DNA from: Camelus dromedarius
Taxonomy: Eukaryota
Reading direction: 5' to 3'
Length of the DNA: 64,000 bases
Assembly: GCF_036321535.1 (NCBI RefSeq)
Contig: NC_087436.1
Coordinates: forward strand, 92,566,001 to 92,630,000
Shown: positions 1 through 13,922 of the stretch, in pieces
Layout: each line of letters begins with the position of its first letter
How positions within the stretch are numbered: the first letter of the stretch is position 1
Translations under genes and position numbers: made by a program
Notes under the pieces: generated by a model
What the model was told of the DNA's origin: nothing
The model's input: the letters and a program-made list of their open reading frames with translations, nothing else
Databases searched by the model: none

Positions 1-861
1 GTGTGACTACTAAATAATTAGTACCGTCAATGTGGTAAATACATTAAATTACAATTCTTTACATTTGTACATAACTCATTTTACAAGTAAATGTTTTAAG
101 ACCTGACTGTCCAACTTTCATTTAAACACTAAATGTTGCTGAACAAAAAAGTCTGCAATAAATATTCCCTTGGGTGGGTGGGAGAAATGCTTTTACATAA
201 GATCTCTGTTATAATGAATATCTGGGTAAATATTTTGTGTTAAACTCCTCATGTGGTTATTTAAATCTTGTATTCTGAAAAGGCTTTTATATCTTAAACA
301 AAATTTAGTTATTAATTTAAAAAGTAATTGTTCTCATGATGCTAATATTATTCATGGTTATGTTGCTTTCCAAATCATAAATTGCTTGTTCACTGTCCCC
401 ACAGTTTACTTAGTAGTTAATTTTTTTAGTGAACCTTCAATCATTACAATCAGGCATTTTTCTTTGCTTATTTATGTATGTATTTGTATTATCGCTCACT
501 AAACAACTTATAATGAAAAAACACGTAGACCTTTTCTAAGCAGTATAGCTGAGTTGTCCAATAAAACATCTTCAGCCAATTTGTAACTTTAAAGTCGACT
601 GCTGCATATTCTGAATAAAAGTTGCATAAATTGAAATGTAATAATCATCTTGTTTTCAAAGCCAGAAAGCAATTATCTAACACAGTCATTCTGTGACTGA
701 ACACAGGAATCTTAAGACAAGAAGTGCTATGTTTTCCTTGTTCTTTCCTCCAGGATGTTGCTGGGTTCAAGGGAAATTTCCTCAGAAATCCTGGTGGCAA
801 TGGCAGCAGTGCCCCACTGGTCTGTCATTGTACCAGGTGGCAGATCTGTAGCGGTGGCCTG
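1..861 (-). other. SHISA3: SHISA3 3' UTR (AU-rich, probably continues beyond window start)
   Basis: Lies directly after the stop. Has about 10 ATTTA pentamers on the minus strand. I found no AATAAA/ATTAAA on the minus strand inside the window. Confidence 0.75.
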
Positions 862-1301
862 TCAACTGGAACTGAAGTCTGGACAGCTCTTCCCAGTCAG
901 CGGGGGCTCCTGCTGGAGCGGGTAAGCGAAGTACTGGGGCGACACCAGGAAACCCGATGGCTGGGTCAGGTGGATGGGGTGGCCTGTGGTGTAAGGCGGG
1001 GGCGGTGAGGGCACCAGGCAGCCTGGCTCCGCCCTGGCAAAGGAGAACCTTCGGATGGAGCCTCCTGTGGAGCTGGAGCTGGTGGCCGTGCTGGACTGCC
1101 TGGAAGGTGCCCTGAGGCTCGTGGAGGTCAAGATCATGGGCAGGGTCTCTGTCTGATAGCTGCGGAGCGAGAAGCGGATTGGCTGCTGTGAGGGCTCCTT
1201 GGGTCTCAAGCAGGTGCAGCAATAAATAGCCACCAAAGAGCCCAGGATGATGAAGGCAATGAAGATGGAGCCGACAATCAGGAAGGGGACGTAGACCGGC
1301 T
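862..1301 (-). CDS. SHISA3: SHISA3 coding exon 2 (TM helix, CC motif, Ser-rich tail, PPPPY motif, stop)
   Basis: Polypyrimidine acceptor ...TGTTTTTGCCTTTTAG ends at 1302. The split codon C|AG gives Q, followed by PVYVPFLIVGSIFIAFIILGSLVAIYCCTCLRPKEP...PSPPPPY...GKSCPDFSSS and TGA at 864-862. 277+440=717 nt, i.e. 238 aa plus stop. Confidence 0.97.
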
Positions 1302-1471
1302 CTAAAAGGCAAAAACAGACATGCACAGATGCTTGGACAAGAGTCTCCCAAAGTCCGGAGTGCTTAAGGGAGGAAGGTGGAAGGTTGGTATTAACACGCT
1401 TGTCAGCCCAGCTTCTCAGAGCTTGTTACTGGTAACCTCTGAAGTGCAAACTGTGATGATGGAATATTCTT

Positions 1472-1808
1472 TTTTTTTTTTTAACTTTCTTTTAAATTGT
1501 AATGATTTATGATGTTTCAGATGTACAGCAAAGTGATTCAGTTATACATATATATCTATTCTGTTTCAGCTTCTTTTCCATTATAGGTTATTACAAGATA
1601 TTGAATATAGTTCCCCTGTGCTGTACAGCAGGTCTTGTTTATCTGTTTTATATATAGTATTGTGTTTCTTCGAATCCCAAACTCCAAATTTATCCCTCCC
1701 CCTCATTCCCCTTTGTTTGTAAGTTTGTTTTCTATGTCTGTGAGTCCATTTCTATTTTGTAAATAAGTTCACTTGTGTCTTTTTTTAGACTCCACATATA
1801 AGTGATAT
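1472..1808 (-). mobile_element. 5'-truncated cetartiodactyl-type L1 3' end in the SHISA3 intron, same orientation as the gene
   Basis: Minus strand reads ATATCACTTATATGTGGAGTCTAA (ORF2 end ISLICGV*), then the L1 3' UTR and poly(A). Perfect 15-bp TSD tgatggaatattctt at 1457-1471 and 1809-1823. Confidence 0.9.
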
Positions 1809-2589
1809 TGATGGAATATTCTTGCTCCTAGCAGGGAGGGAGCAAACTGATACTGTAGACTCTGTTAGCAATTAGCCATCATGTTGCACATCTGCAAGTC
1901 AGAAGGAACAGAATCTACCCTCCTGTTCCTGCACTGGCGGGAGGGAAAGGATGAGTTTGGGGGTTACTGTAACACTGGCTTTCAATGCGGGTTTTAGTAG
2001 TTTTATCACGAGGTGGGCCACTTAGGGCTCTGACGCTGGAAATCCATCTCCTCTCCAAGAATCTCCAATCTAAGCAACAAGAACCAGGCCTGCTAAATGA
2101 GACCCCCAGGAATTTACAAGACTACAGAAAGAACAGTATTAAGAACTCTGTAGTGGGTCCCAATTAACTGTGTCTCCTACTGCATCACAAAGTGCCTCTC
2201 ATCTCTGGATGCCTCTTTTTAGAAACGATTTGGGACGCCACTCCAGCTGCCTCACCTCAGCCTCTGGTTCCCACCAACTCTGAAAGGTCAGGCTGAACCT
2301 CAGACCACGACGCAGCTATTGGTGTTGGCGGCCCAGACTTTCTGTGAGAGCATCCCTCAGAGCAAACCTCAGTTTCCTTCTCTCTCTTCAGAGCAGACAT
2401 AAAATCTCCCACTCCAAAGCCCCACCTGGGCAACCCTTCAGGTGTGTCTCCTGTCAAATAGAGCCACCACTGGATGCAACCTCCAGCTTAGAGGTAGAAG
2501 GGAGAAACCTGCACTTACTAAGGCCCTACCAAGTGCCTGGCTCTTCCATATTTATTGTGGGGTCCATGGAGACCAGGGGAGGTGGGATA

Positions 2590-2970
2590 GCATGATGGTA
2601 TTAGCTGGATGATAACTCTCCATTTTCCAGATGTGGAAACATATTGGAGGGTTGTTAACTTTCCCAAAGACACACAGGCAGTGAGTGACAGGTAACTACC
2701 CACGCCAAGATCTGTGGGCTCCTATGGGTAAGCTCTTCAGCAGACCACCCATTCGGCCACGTTTAGTAGTCCCTGTGGAAGGCAAGTCCAAAGTGCCTAC
2801 TTAGCCAGCACCTTACTAAGCCTTCATGCATTCATTTAATCCACAGCTTAACCCCTCTGACAGCAATATGCCCATGTTAGAGTCAAGAAGAGGCCCGGAG
2901 CAATTAAGTAACTGGCCCAGGGCTACAAGCTGGCCAGCAAGAGCGGCACAGTCCCTGAGACTGGGCAGAT
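2590..2970 (-). mobile_element. MIR remnants in intron
   Basis: MIR core-like text (ccattttccagatgtggaaac...ttcccaaagacacacag; aagtaactggcccagggctaca). Confidence 0.55.
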
Positions 2971-4096
2971 CCCAGCCTGGGTGACCCCCGAGACTGCCCC
3001 CTCTTCCACTGGGCTGGGCAGCAGAGCAGAGCAAGGAGGCCTGGAAGGAGTCCTCGCAGTCGGCTGGGTACTTAACACTCACTCCGCAGAGGGCACCGGG
3101 TTCCCCAGGGGTGAGTGGAGTCAAGCCACAAGGCAGAGTCTGTATTTTCCTGACAGGCCAGGCGGCCCTCCTTCCCACTGAGCATCTTTTCTCCAGATAC
3201 CCTACCCTAATCCTCTAGATTGGTACTTTCCCTCCAAAGTTGAATTCCTTGGAGGTCTAAGGAAGGGCAGGCTCCCCTTTCCTCTGGGTTGTCAGTCTCA
3301 GGGGGTCCGGGGCTCCAGGACCATTAATTATCTCTTCAGCCTCTTTATTTCCCGGGGACCGTCTCGGCCGGCTTTAGACCTCCTCTCCGGAGTTCTGGGG
3401 TGTCGCGACTCTTAGCTCCGCCCGCTCCTCCGGTTTCCCGGCCGTAAAACTGTCGCCTCGAGCTCTAAAGGGTTTCCCTGATGTTCCGATTCAGGTGGAA
3501 AGCATTTTTTCTTTTTTTAAGGTGTAAAGTTTCTCTGCTGGGGTCATGATTTATTCCGCTCTGAAGTGAGCGGAAATTTGACCCGTGTTTTCCGACGTGA
3601 GAATAGGGGGCGGGGAAGCCCCTGCGACTCTGGCTTCTAAATCTCCACCTTGAGGACCTGGGCATTTCTGAAAAGCGTGACAATAGGGGGTGGGCCGGAG
3701 AGGGTAATTCGATGCAGAGAAAAATGAAAGGAAGTCGGGAGAATGGGGCAGTGGTTTAGAAACGCTACCAAAAGGCCACCAGAAAAAGAAGAAAAGTGGC
3801 AGAAATTTTTTACCCCCGCGGGGCTACAGATGACCGCGCCCCCAAAAGTTGCGCTCCCTGTGCCATCGGCACTTCTCAAAACCTCCCGAGCTCCCAGGGC
3901 GCTCAATGGGACGCCCTCACTGCTCCTGAACACCCAAGCCTGTAGCTGCCCCTACAGCCCTTCTCTGCAGGGTTCCGAACGCCCCTGGCTCCGGCTGTCT
4001 TCCCCGGGGTCACCCGGTGCACGCCCCGCGGTCCTCGCTGACCCTTGCAAACTTTCCCTTGGGCAGACCCGCGGAGACTGTGTGTGGCGGGAATCA

Positions 4097-5107
<1,011 letters not shown>

Positions 5108-5108
<1 letters not shown>

Positions 5109-5138
5109 GACAGCTCTGCTTCCACGGCGTCCTTTAAA
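5108..5138 (-). promoter_or_regulatory. Putative core promoter: TATA-like TTTAAA about 30 nt upstream of a pyrimidine-CA start
   Basis: The only A/T island in the GC-rich stretch: minus-strand TTTAAA at 5138-5133, with TCA placing an A at 5108. The TSS is inferred from spacing only. Confidence 0.4.
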
Positions 5139-6523
5139 AAGAAAGAGGGAGGGGGAGACAGCGAGGGTTAATAGAGAGTCCGCCTCCCGGGTCGCGCGCC
5201 GGAGCTAATCACAGTGAGCGCCGCAGGGCTGCGCGGCGGGGCTGCGTGTCCTGTGCGCCTTCTGGTTCGCGCGCCCTCCTCCGCCCTTCCCGGGCCACCC
5301 CGCACACCTCAGCTTTCGCACAGCCCAGCAAACTCCGCAGAGAGACGGCGAGGGCCGGCGGGTCTCTCCGTCTATCCACGCCCGTTGGCGCTCGGGTGGA
5401 GACCCGGGTTTTGCTTCTTAGGGATGTAATAAAAAACGAGCGCGGTGAATGAGGTTTGTCGAATCATCTGTCGCCTGTTTCACCGATCCGGCTAGACTCG
5501 TTCTTGGGACCCCTTTCCTAAGGGTTCAGGACGGAAAACATGATATTTAAGGCCCGCCAACCTTTACACCGAGTTTGCCACCTAAGTTTCCACTTCTTCT
5601 AGAAGGAACAGCACATTCTTACAAATGCACACACACCCGCACTCTTTCCCCGGTCACCGCAACCTGCGCGCCGCAGGGTGAAGAATCGCGTGTCACCTCT
5701 GCCTGCCGAGGGCAGCTCGCAAAACCTCAAAGAGCACGCCTCCTCCGTTTGCGCCCGCAAAGGAAATAAAAGAACAAAATTAATGATAACAGAGCAGATC
5801 TGAACTTGGGTTAGGGCAAAGAGACACATTTATTTAAATGATGTGTCCCCTGTGTGCTATTTTCAGGGGCATTGCTCCTTTAGCGGCGTAAGTGCCTTAC
5901 GAAACTGGCGCTCTGTGAAACCTGGGCTAAACTCTAGGTTTCTTTTTACAGCATCCTGAACTTCCTCTCACCGTTTATTGGTATGTGCGAATATGTTCCG
6001 CGTATCTCAACCCATTTGTCAGATACACTGAATGCCCGTGTCACTGATTTAGATGTTGGCAAGTCGAGTGAAACAGAAGACAAAGTTTGCTGCGCACCAG
6101 CCGGAAAAAATGTGCGGTCAAAAGCATTCACCACGCCACGCCCGCGGCTCCCTGAGGGTCCGAGTCGGTTCACAGAAGTTTTTTTTTTTAAAAAAACTCT
6201 GAATGAAACGGTTTCTGTTTTAAAATGTAACTTAAAGTATATTCCAAGTAAAGAATCACTTCTGACTTCTGGGTTTAAATACTGGGATGAGTATTTAGTT
6301 ATGATAATGCAAAAATATGCCCCCAAATGTTGTTATATGTTAAGTAGGACTGTGCAAGTATTTAACTTCATTGCTTTCTTAAATATTTCTTTGGACAATA
6401 ATATGATATTAAGTAAAATCAAATGAAGTTTAGGCTTTTATCCACAAACAAACGAGACAGTTTTTCTTGACTTAAAGGACTTACATTACGCACATGGGAA
6501 ATTATTTTTGCAGAAATTCTTAG

Positions 6524-7159
6524 NNNNNNNNNNNNNNNNNNNNNNNNNNNNNNNNNNNNNNNNNNNNNNNNNNNNNNNNNNNNNNNNNNNNNNNNNNNNN
6601 NNNNNNNNNNNNNNNNNNNNNNNNNNNNNNNNNNNNNNNNNNNNNNNNNNNNNNNNNNNNNNNNNNNNNNNNNNNNNNNNNNNNNNNNNNNNNNNNNNNN
6701 NNNNNNNNNNNNNNNNNNNNNNNNNNNNNNNNNNNNNNNNNNNNNNNNNNNNNNNNNNNNNNNNNNNNNNNNNNNNNNNNNNNNNNNNNNNTTTTTTTAA
6801 GGGGTGTTGTTTGGATTATATAAATCCTGAGCAATTAAGGGGGAAAGTCACGTAGAACCACAGCAACAGTGAGATATAATGATCATAGTAAGATGATAAA
6901 ACTCCAAAGACATGTTTGCTGCTAATAACTTTCCCAGAACCACACCTCTTAATATTTTTTTGTTAAATTTAGAGGAAATCCATGACATCACAACTGCATA
7001 AAGTTCTGCAGGAGCAACANNNNNNNNNNNNNNNNNNNNNNNNNNNNNNNNNNNNNNNNNNNNNNNNNNNNNNNNNNNNNNNNNNNNNNNNNNNNNNNNN
7101 NNNNNNNNNNNNNNNNNNNNNNNNNNNNNNNNNNNNNNNNNNNNNNNNNNNNNNNNNNN
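6524..7159. other. N-gaps 6524-6791 and 7020-7159 (others: 15875-16006, 31755-31894, 39846-39981, 53297-53484, 56797-56930, 57092-57418)
   Basis: Runs of N; the sequence there cannot be interpreted. Confidence 1.
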
Positions 7160-7829
7160 CTTGGGACACTAGCTATAATTAATTCCCTCATTCAAAGCCC
7201 CTGTCCATTTGACTTACTTAGAAGGCATTTTACTGAAATTTAGTTGAATATTTACTAATGGAAAATAACCGAACCTCCAGACTACTTGGTACTCCTTAGC
7301 TCTGATGTGTGTGGACATTAAAGCAATGGTACACCATGCTTTCCTATCTAGATCCTGATCCAAAGCGCCTTTAAACCATTACAACAATCAGCTCAGGGGG
7401 GTTTCTGTAGGGAGAAAATGTGTTTGGTTTCTTGTCATAGAAGGTCTCTATAAATTTTGCACTGACAATTTTTTACTGCTAAAGTTATGCTCCCAGAATG
7501 CTCTTTGCAAACAGAAAGAGAATATATTCTTTTTAAATTTATAAACATCCAAAGTTGCTGTTATTCTATTACTACTTTAATAGTAAAGGAAGATTTAAAA
7601 GTTCTCATAGACCCCCCTCAAAGACTCTAGAGAGAGGACGTGGAGACGGAAAATAAAATCTGCACCACCTGGGGTATTATGTAGAGGTTTTAGAAATTCT
7701 ATATTTTTCCTTATCTCTAACACAAATTCCATATTTTGGTGAAGAACACAATCATAAGAGATCATTTCCTCAGCTTACGTTCCCTTGTGGCCCTCCCTGC
7801 CTTTGGGAAATGCTATAGGAAATGAGTTA

Positions 7830-8160
7830 AATGATATGATGTCTGGGATTTGCTTTAATAAACGCCAGAGAAAGATGGGGGAGGGGAGAAAGGGAGAGAA
7901 AGACGGAGGAGGAGATAGAATAGAGGAGAGGAGAGAGAGGTAGGAGGGACGATGGAAGGAAGGACTAAAGGAAGGAAGGGAGGGGAGAAATAAAAGGTAG
8001 AAGAGAAATAGAGACGTGAAGATGGAACAGAGAAGCTGAAACCCAATTGAGAATATGTTGATCATTGTAACTGGGTGAAGGACACTTTCAAAATCAAAAT
8101 GCAATTCTTTCTATTTTTAATGTATGAATTAAAATTACATATTTAAATTTTTTTATTTTT
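7830..8160 (+). mobile_element. Old L1ME-type 3' end fragment interrupted by a purine-rich tract
   Basis: atgatatgatgtctgggatttgcttt is a motif typical of L1ME 3' UTRs. Confidence 0.5.
7877..8015 (+). repeat. Polypurine low-complexity tract (GGA/GAA-rich)
   Basis: About 140 bp that is mostly A/G on the + strand. Confidence 0.8.
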
Positions 8161-8826
8161 AATAGAAAGGAATCGTTAGCAGCATGAAACTGACCCCAGA
8201 CCATATTTTGCAACCTAGTCTCGTTCACATCTCTTTGTTTTATGTTCTTTGGAGCAGAGTGAAAGATTTGAGAAAGGCAAATGCAGAGAAGTAAAGGAAA
8301 ACAAGGCAAAATGAATACATCAGAAAGGGCTGGGACCTAAAATGTACTAAGGAAAGAAGAAGAAAAGGCCAAAGGAATGCAGAAGTGAAAAAATAAATCA
8401 ATAGAAAAGGACAATTCACTTTGGCTATGGGAATCCCCTCCAGCTCATGTGCTCTGGATCCAGAAATTAAATAGAAAACCAAAAGTTTCTCAACCCTCCC
8501 TCAGGTTTCTTCCTGGAAAGATATATTATCACTCACTAACCTTCCTTGAATTACTTTCTGCTCATGACTTGGTGGACTTCTTCTCTTCCTTGGATCACTC
8601 ACTACAAATCTCTTAATCCCGGACCCTGTTAATCTGAGTTACTGGAAAGGCATATTTTCTCAAATTTGCTTTGGTGCATAGTTGCCCGTAGAGAATAGCC
8701 AGGTGCCCAGAAGTGTACTCCCAGACCCCGGCAGCCCTGCCCCGAGCTGTGCCCCTCCCCTTGTCCTGTTCTTTAGCCTTGGACTCTTGGTTTGTAAAGA
8801 GGCGATTAGACATAGGGCCCTTAGAG

Positions 8827-8977
8827 CAGTGTTTCTCAAACCATAACGTGCATACGAATCACCTGGGGTGTTAAGATGCACACTTAGTTTCCCAGGGTCT
8901 GTGGAGGGGCCTGGGATTCTGCATTAACCACAAGCTCCCAGGTGATGTAGAAACTGCTGGTCTGAGGACCATCTTTG
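8827..8977. mobile_element. MER5A-like hAT-Charlie MITE
   Basis: cagtgtttctcaaa...gaatcacctgggg...caagctcccaggtgatg...ctggtctgaggacca. Confidence 0.75.
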
Positions 8978-9889
8978 CATCCCTCTGGGCCTCCGCGGCC
9001 TTTGCCCACACTCACAGGGGAATGAATGAATAGAGCCAATGGGCTGTGCCCACCCAAAGCCCATTTCCTCCCTTTCTTTACAAGTCTCTGGGCCTTGGGA
9101 CCCCAGCAATCCCTGCTCAGATAGACCCAAGCTGGTTTCTAGGAGTTGAAAAAACTTCTTCCAGGTCATAAGTGGTTCTGGGGAGACATGGTTATAAACT
9201 TGTAAACGCAGGTGAGGGTGTCCACACATGAACATGAGAGGCCCCTGCAGTGCAAGATGGAGTCAGGAATGGGCAGATTCAGGTCAGTGTCCTCCACTGG
9301 TACCCTGGCTCGCACATGGTAGAGTGGGCCCATTGCCCAGCACATCCTAGGGTCTCAGTAAATAAATAGTCATAGAGAGAATAAGTGAATGATGAATAAA
9401 TGATGAGATGAATGTTTTCGATCCGTAATTCCAAGCATCTACCACACCTCATGGTAATACAGGGTAAGGTAAGATAGGACATCTATCTTCCCCATCAGTT
9501 TGACCTTTTTCATTATTGCATCGTGGGACCTCACAGAGCACCTGGTACATAGTGAGTGCTTGGTAAATGCTGAGTAAATAACTGACTTCATAGATGACTG
9601 GCTGAGGATTTGTGACAATTGAGTGACATTATTTCGCTACCATACAGAGCTGCAGCAAGTAAGTATCTGGGAGCTGAACCAGTGGAGAGCAGGGTGAATT
9701 TCCAGGACACGGGGTATTTGTAGAGTCAACTCCTGGTGATCTAATTGGAACTGTCCAGAGTGTCAGCACTGCGAGAACAAGGCAGTCACCAGCCAATTCC
9801 CCATGGAGACAGTGGTGACACTTGTCCAGGAGAGCAGAGCTTGGACGCAGAGAAAACCAGCCAGCACAACAGAAAGAGTATTCCAGGTC

Positions 9890-10103
9890 TGAATCAGACA
9901 AGTCTGGGTCTGAGTGTGCCTCTTTCTGATCACGTGAACTTGAGCAAGGTCATTTCCGCTAACTGAACCTCAGCTTCCCTGTCTCTAAAATAAGGGCAGT
10001 GGGAACAATCCTTCCCTACCTTGAAGGATTGTTATAAGGATTCAAAATAAAACATGTAACAAGTCTGGCTCAGAGCTGGGGCTTCAGAAACAGTAGGTAT
10101 TAC
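9890..10103 (+). mobile_element. MIR SINE
   Basis: gtgaacttgagcaaggtcattt...ctgaacctcagcttccctgtctctaaaataaggg core and tail. Confidence 0.75.
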
Positions 10104-11799
10104 CTACCACCAGCTGGTTTGAATCTATATTTAAATAATCATGGCAAGTTTCCTGCTAACCAATATAGGCCCATGCCCTGATTAATTTGCATGGATTATT
10201 TACAATTCTCCATCATTCATTCCCTTATTCATTCAATGTGCCTATTCATAACCACTGGCAATTGAATATTGATTATTCTTTTCTAGAGCTGTTCTCTGGA
10301 GACATGCCCCAAAGCTAGGAGCAGAGGGGGATAAGGGTGGGTGTCAGATGATCACAGTGTAGGGACAAGCCCTGCCATACAGACCTTATTTCAGCTGGAT
10401 TTCTACAAGGTGTAGCCCCAAGCACAGGTGGGCATTTAATAAGTATCCGATTAGTCTGCGATTCCATATTATGTCAGTAGACATGTAATTTATTAACCTG
10501 GGTTCCTGGCATCCTTCCAGTGCCTGTATAATAGAATGATATTTTTCATGCAGAAATATAAATTAAATTAATTGGTATCCGTATTTAATTGAAACTTCCT
10601 TGACAGTAGATGGATTCCTACCCCCGCCCCCAACGCCACCCCTTTCTCAGCAAGGGGCATTTCCTTCTGAGTGCTTGCAGACTGAAGAGAGGCCAGCCCC
10701 AATTCCTGGGGCTCCCGGAGGAGCTGGCTTTCAGCAGGGTTTAGAGCAGCACAGAAAGTGAACTGACCCTGGAAAAATGGTAAGTCGCTGCTCAAGGGCC
10801 ATGTGTTCTTTTGGTGGGGGAGAGGTTTACAGAGGAGAAAGAAAACACAGAGGGTTCTTGTCTTATTTCTGTCTTCTTACTCCCCTTCTCACCCTTACCA
10901 GCCACACAGAATGTTTTGAAAATTTTTAAGTCACCCTTCTAGTTTGTAAATCATATGGATTTCTTTTGAAAGCTGCTATACAATTGCTGTCAAAGGCATC
11001 TTTTAAGTTTTTTCTTTTTTCAAATAGCCTGTATTTTGTTAGCGCTGGTGGTAACATAAGGGGCCAATGAGGTAAAGGTCCTCATTTCTACACCTGTGGG
11101 TCAACTAAGTTTCTTCTGTCTCAGGAATACAGAATGCACACTTGAACTTGGCTTGCAAACACCTGCTGTGTGTTGTCTGAGGGCATCAGCCAGAGAACAT
11201 GGATGTGACAGAAGCAAATACTCAGCATGGAAAATGAACTCAGTGTTACACACTCCTGCAGCAAAGGGGCCAGCAGTGTCATCTTCAGAATGTGCCCCTC
11301 ATCCTGTCCTCAGAACTGGGCTTTGGAATTCTTTCTGCCTTGTCTAGTTAATCATCTGATTTTGTGCAACCATTCATTCTATAAAATCACTACACTTTAA
11401 ATTTCTTTAAACACTTTTTGTATCCAAGGACAAGAAGAAACCTTATCTTTGGCATCTATTTTTGGCTTCTCCATGTGAACGGGGCTTGAAAGTAGAGACG
11501 ACATTTGCAGCTGTCTGCATGGCTATTCCAATTTGGTATATAAAAAAACTAGGATCTAATACTTCTTTAGTTTATGTGTCATTTAGCCTCTTCCATCTAG
11601 AACTTAACTATTTGGCAACCTCAGCTTTCTTGAAGACAGGGGAAATCCAGGAAATAATCTTCACTGCCTGCTCCACCTCCCCAGGCAGGCTTATCTTCCT
11701 AAGAAGGCATAAAAAGTTACAAAGTCTAGTACTAAATTTAGCTTACTGTATTGATAAGAGAGTGGTTTATGCCCTTACACAGAACCTATCTTTCTACAT

Positions 11800-12335
11800 C
11801 AATCTACTCTGTTTATCTCTCTTGATTTTTCTCTTGGCCTGAGAATTCCTCCCCTCATTCTAATAAGAGTACCCTACTTCCCCCCCTTCCATGTGAGCCT
11901 GGAGGGACTGTCAATCATGGCATTCCACTCCTGGCCAAGGGTTGGGCACGAGACCTAAGGGAAGCAACAAGAATTCCTCTCTCCCTGGACTTTGTGACTG
12001 GTTCAGGGATGTGCACACGATTCAAGCATGGCCAATCAGAGTCCTTCAATGGGATTTGTGGAGGGCTTCTCTTCTTTGTAGATTGTGATGGTGGACCTGT
12101 TTGCTTGGGGTAGTCAAACATATGATCCTTTACTTGTAGAGTAGGCCTAACTAGAATAAGGCTAGCTCATAGAGGCAAGAGAAGAATCAAAGGGAGATAC
12201 TAAAATGTTTGAGTCCCTAGATCCAGCTGTGCCTGAAGCTTGCCCTAACCCGGTCTTCTCTGTTACATGAGACAATACATTCACTTTTGCCTGAAGCCAG
12301 TTTAGGTTGGGTTTTGATCACAGATAACTGAAAAC
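11800..12335 (+). mobile_element. Ancient ERVL-type LTR (LTR16-like)
   Basis: ggccaatcagagtcct, gatccagctgtgcctgaagc and aagccagtttaggttgggtttt motifs. Confidence 0.55.
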
Positions 12336-13922
12336 ATCTTGACTACTACAGTAAATATGATGGGGTCAGCTTTAATAACTGAATGCTGCCTGCAATGGAG
12401 GGGGCAGTAAAGTTATCAAAACAGAACTATATGAAAGCACAGCAACTGTAGCTAAACTGTGAAGGGACAAATGTTTTCTTTACCTCATTAGGCCTTTAGG
12501 ACAGTATATTTCAAGCTGTAGGTCACAACATATTGGGTGGGTCATGAAATCAATTTACCGATGCATAAATGACATTTGTTAAAAGATAGAATAAAATATA
12601 AAATAGAGAGTACATCCCCACAGTAAAGGTAGGTTTGATTTCACAACATTTTATTTCAGGTATATGTATAAGCATATATGTTCTGGATAGTGATATGAAA
12701 TAACATTTTTTACTGAGGGTCGTGATCCAGACATTTGAAAGTCACTGCTTAGAACAAAACTGCATCACATGGCTGAAAAAAGCAGAGGAGTCCAAATATT
12801 TAGCACACGACTATTCCTGTGTTCTAAGGAAAGGTAGCTGCCCATTGTCCATAACTGATACTTCGGTCCTGACCTTGCTAGATGCACACGTGTGGGAAGG
12901 ATGGGTGGGAGTCATGCATGGAATTAAAGTAGGTAATGAAAGGTATTGGGTTCTTCTAGTTCAAGGCTGCTTCCTCTGAGTTACGAATTCAGTTAGTTGT
13001 AATTCATCTCTTCCTCAGGGCCCTTTTGGCCCCTGGGCTATAAGGGGTGGAGGAGACAAGCAGCTAACCTCAGCTTGCAAGGGCAGGAGAGAGGATCTGG
13101 AAAGCACACGCTGTCCTCCAGATCTTCTCTGTTACCTTTCCCAGGGGCATTGGTCCACTGAAGAAGCCTGTGGTTGGCAAGCACATGATTTCTTCTCCCT
13201 TGCCTGGCCCAACCGTGGCTCTCACGTGCTGTGAATCTCTCTATCCTTCCCTGACCACACCCCCTCCTCAGGTCTAGCTGTCTCAGGCAGTGGATCCCTG
13301 GTCCTTGGCAACGGGGTAAATCACCCTCAACACAGCAACCCTGCCAGCCAGCGTCGTGTTTCCCATGGTTGTTTCCCCAGCATAAGGAGCCTTTCAGATC
13401 CCTCCACAATACACAGGAGCCAGGAGAGGTTCCAGAATGCTGACTCAATCTCTCTCTCTCCCTGCCTGTTCACCCACACTGCCATTTTAACTGGCTTTTC
13501 ACACTGGAGCGAGACCACACATCATGGCTGTCTCCCCCAAACAGAGAAGGGGCAAACCCCACACTGCTCTTGACTTCACCTTGAATTTTCTGACACCTTT
13601 CCATCTCCCTGTTTCCTCTGGGATTTGGGCTTGGAAAGGAGCAGCCAGAACACACTTGTGTCACCAACTGCTTCTTAAATGTGTTCCCCACTGCTACCCA
13701 CTCTCCCCTGGGACTCCAGGGAGCATGCTTTCCCTTTTCCCCCCGGGGTCAGGGTCTTCCCTTACATCATTTACTGAGTTATTTCTACCAGTGACTTACC
13801 TATAAACCTGAAGTCACACAGGCACCACCCTTAATAAGGAAAGGAGAGCTTAAAGAGTTTAGAAAATCCTCAAGATTCTCAAGACCATTGTCTCTCTTCG
13901 GACTTAAAAAAGGAAAACCCCA

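Noticed and set aside
782-1351. 189-aa minus ORF, the MHVCFCLLE extension of the 154-aa ORF, and the antisense ORF 724-1008
   Set aside because: Alternative frames, intronic extension or antisense of SHISA3 exon 2.
5887-5901. Inverted repeat CGTAAG-tgc-CTTACG upstream of the promoter
   Set aside because: 6-bp arms are expected by chance in 64 kb and match no motif I can name with confidence.
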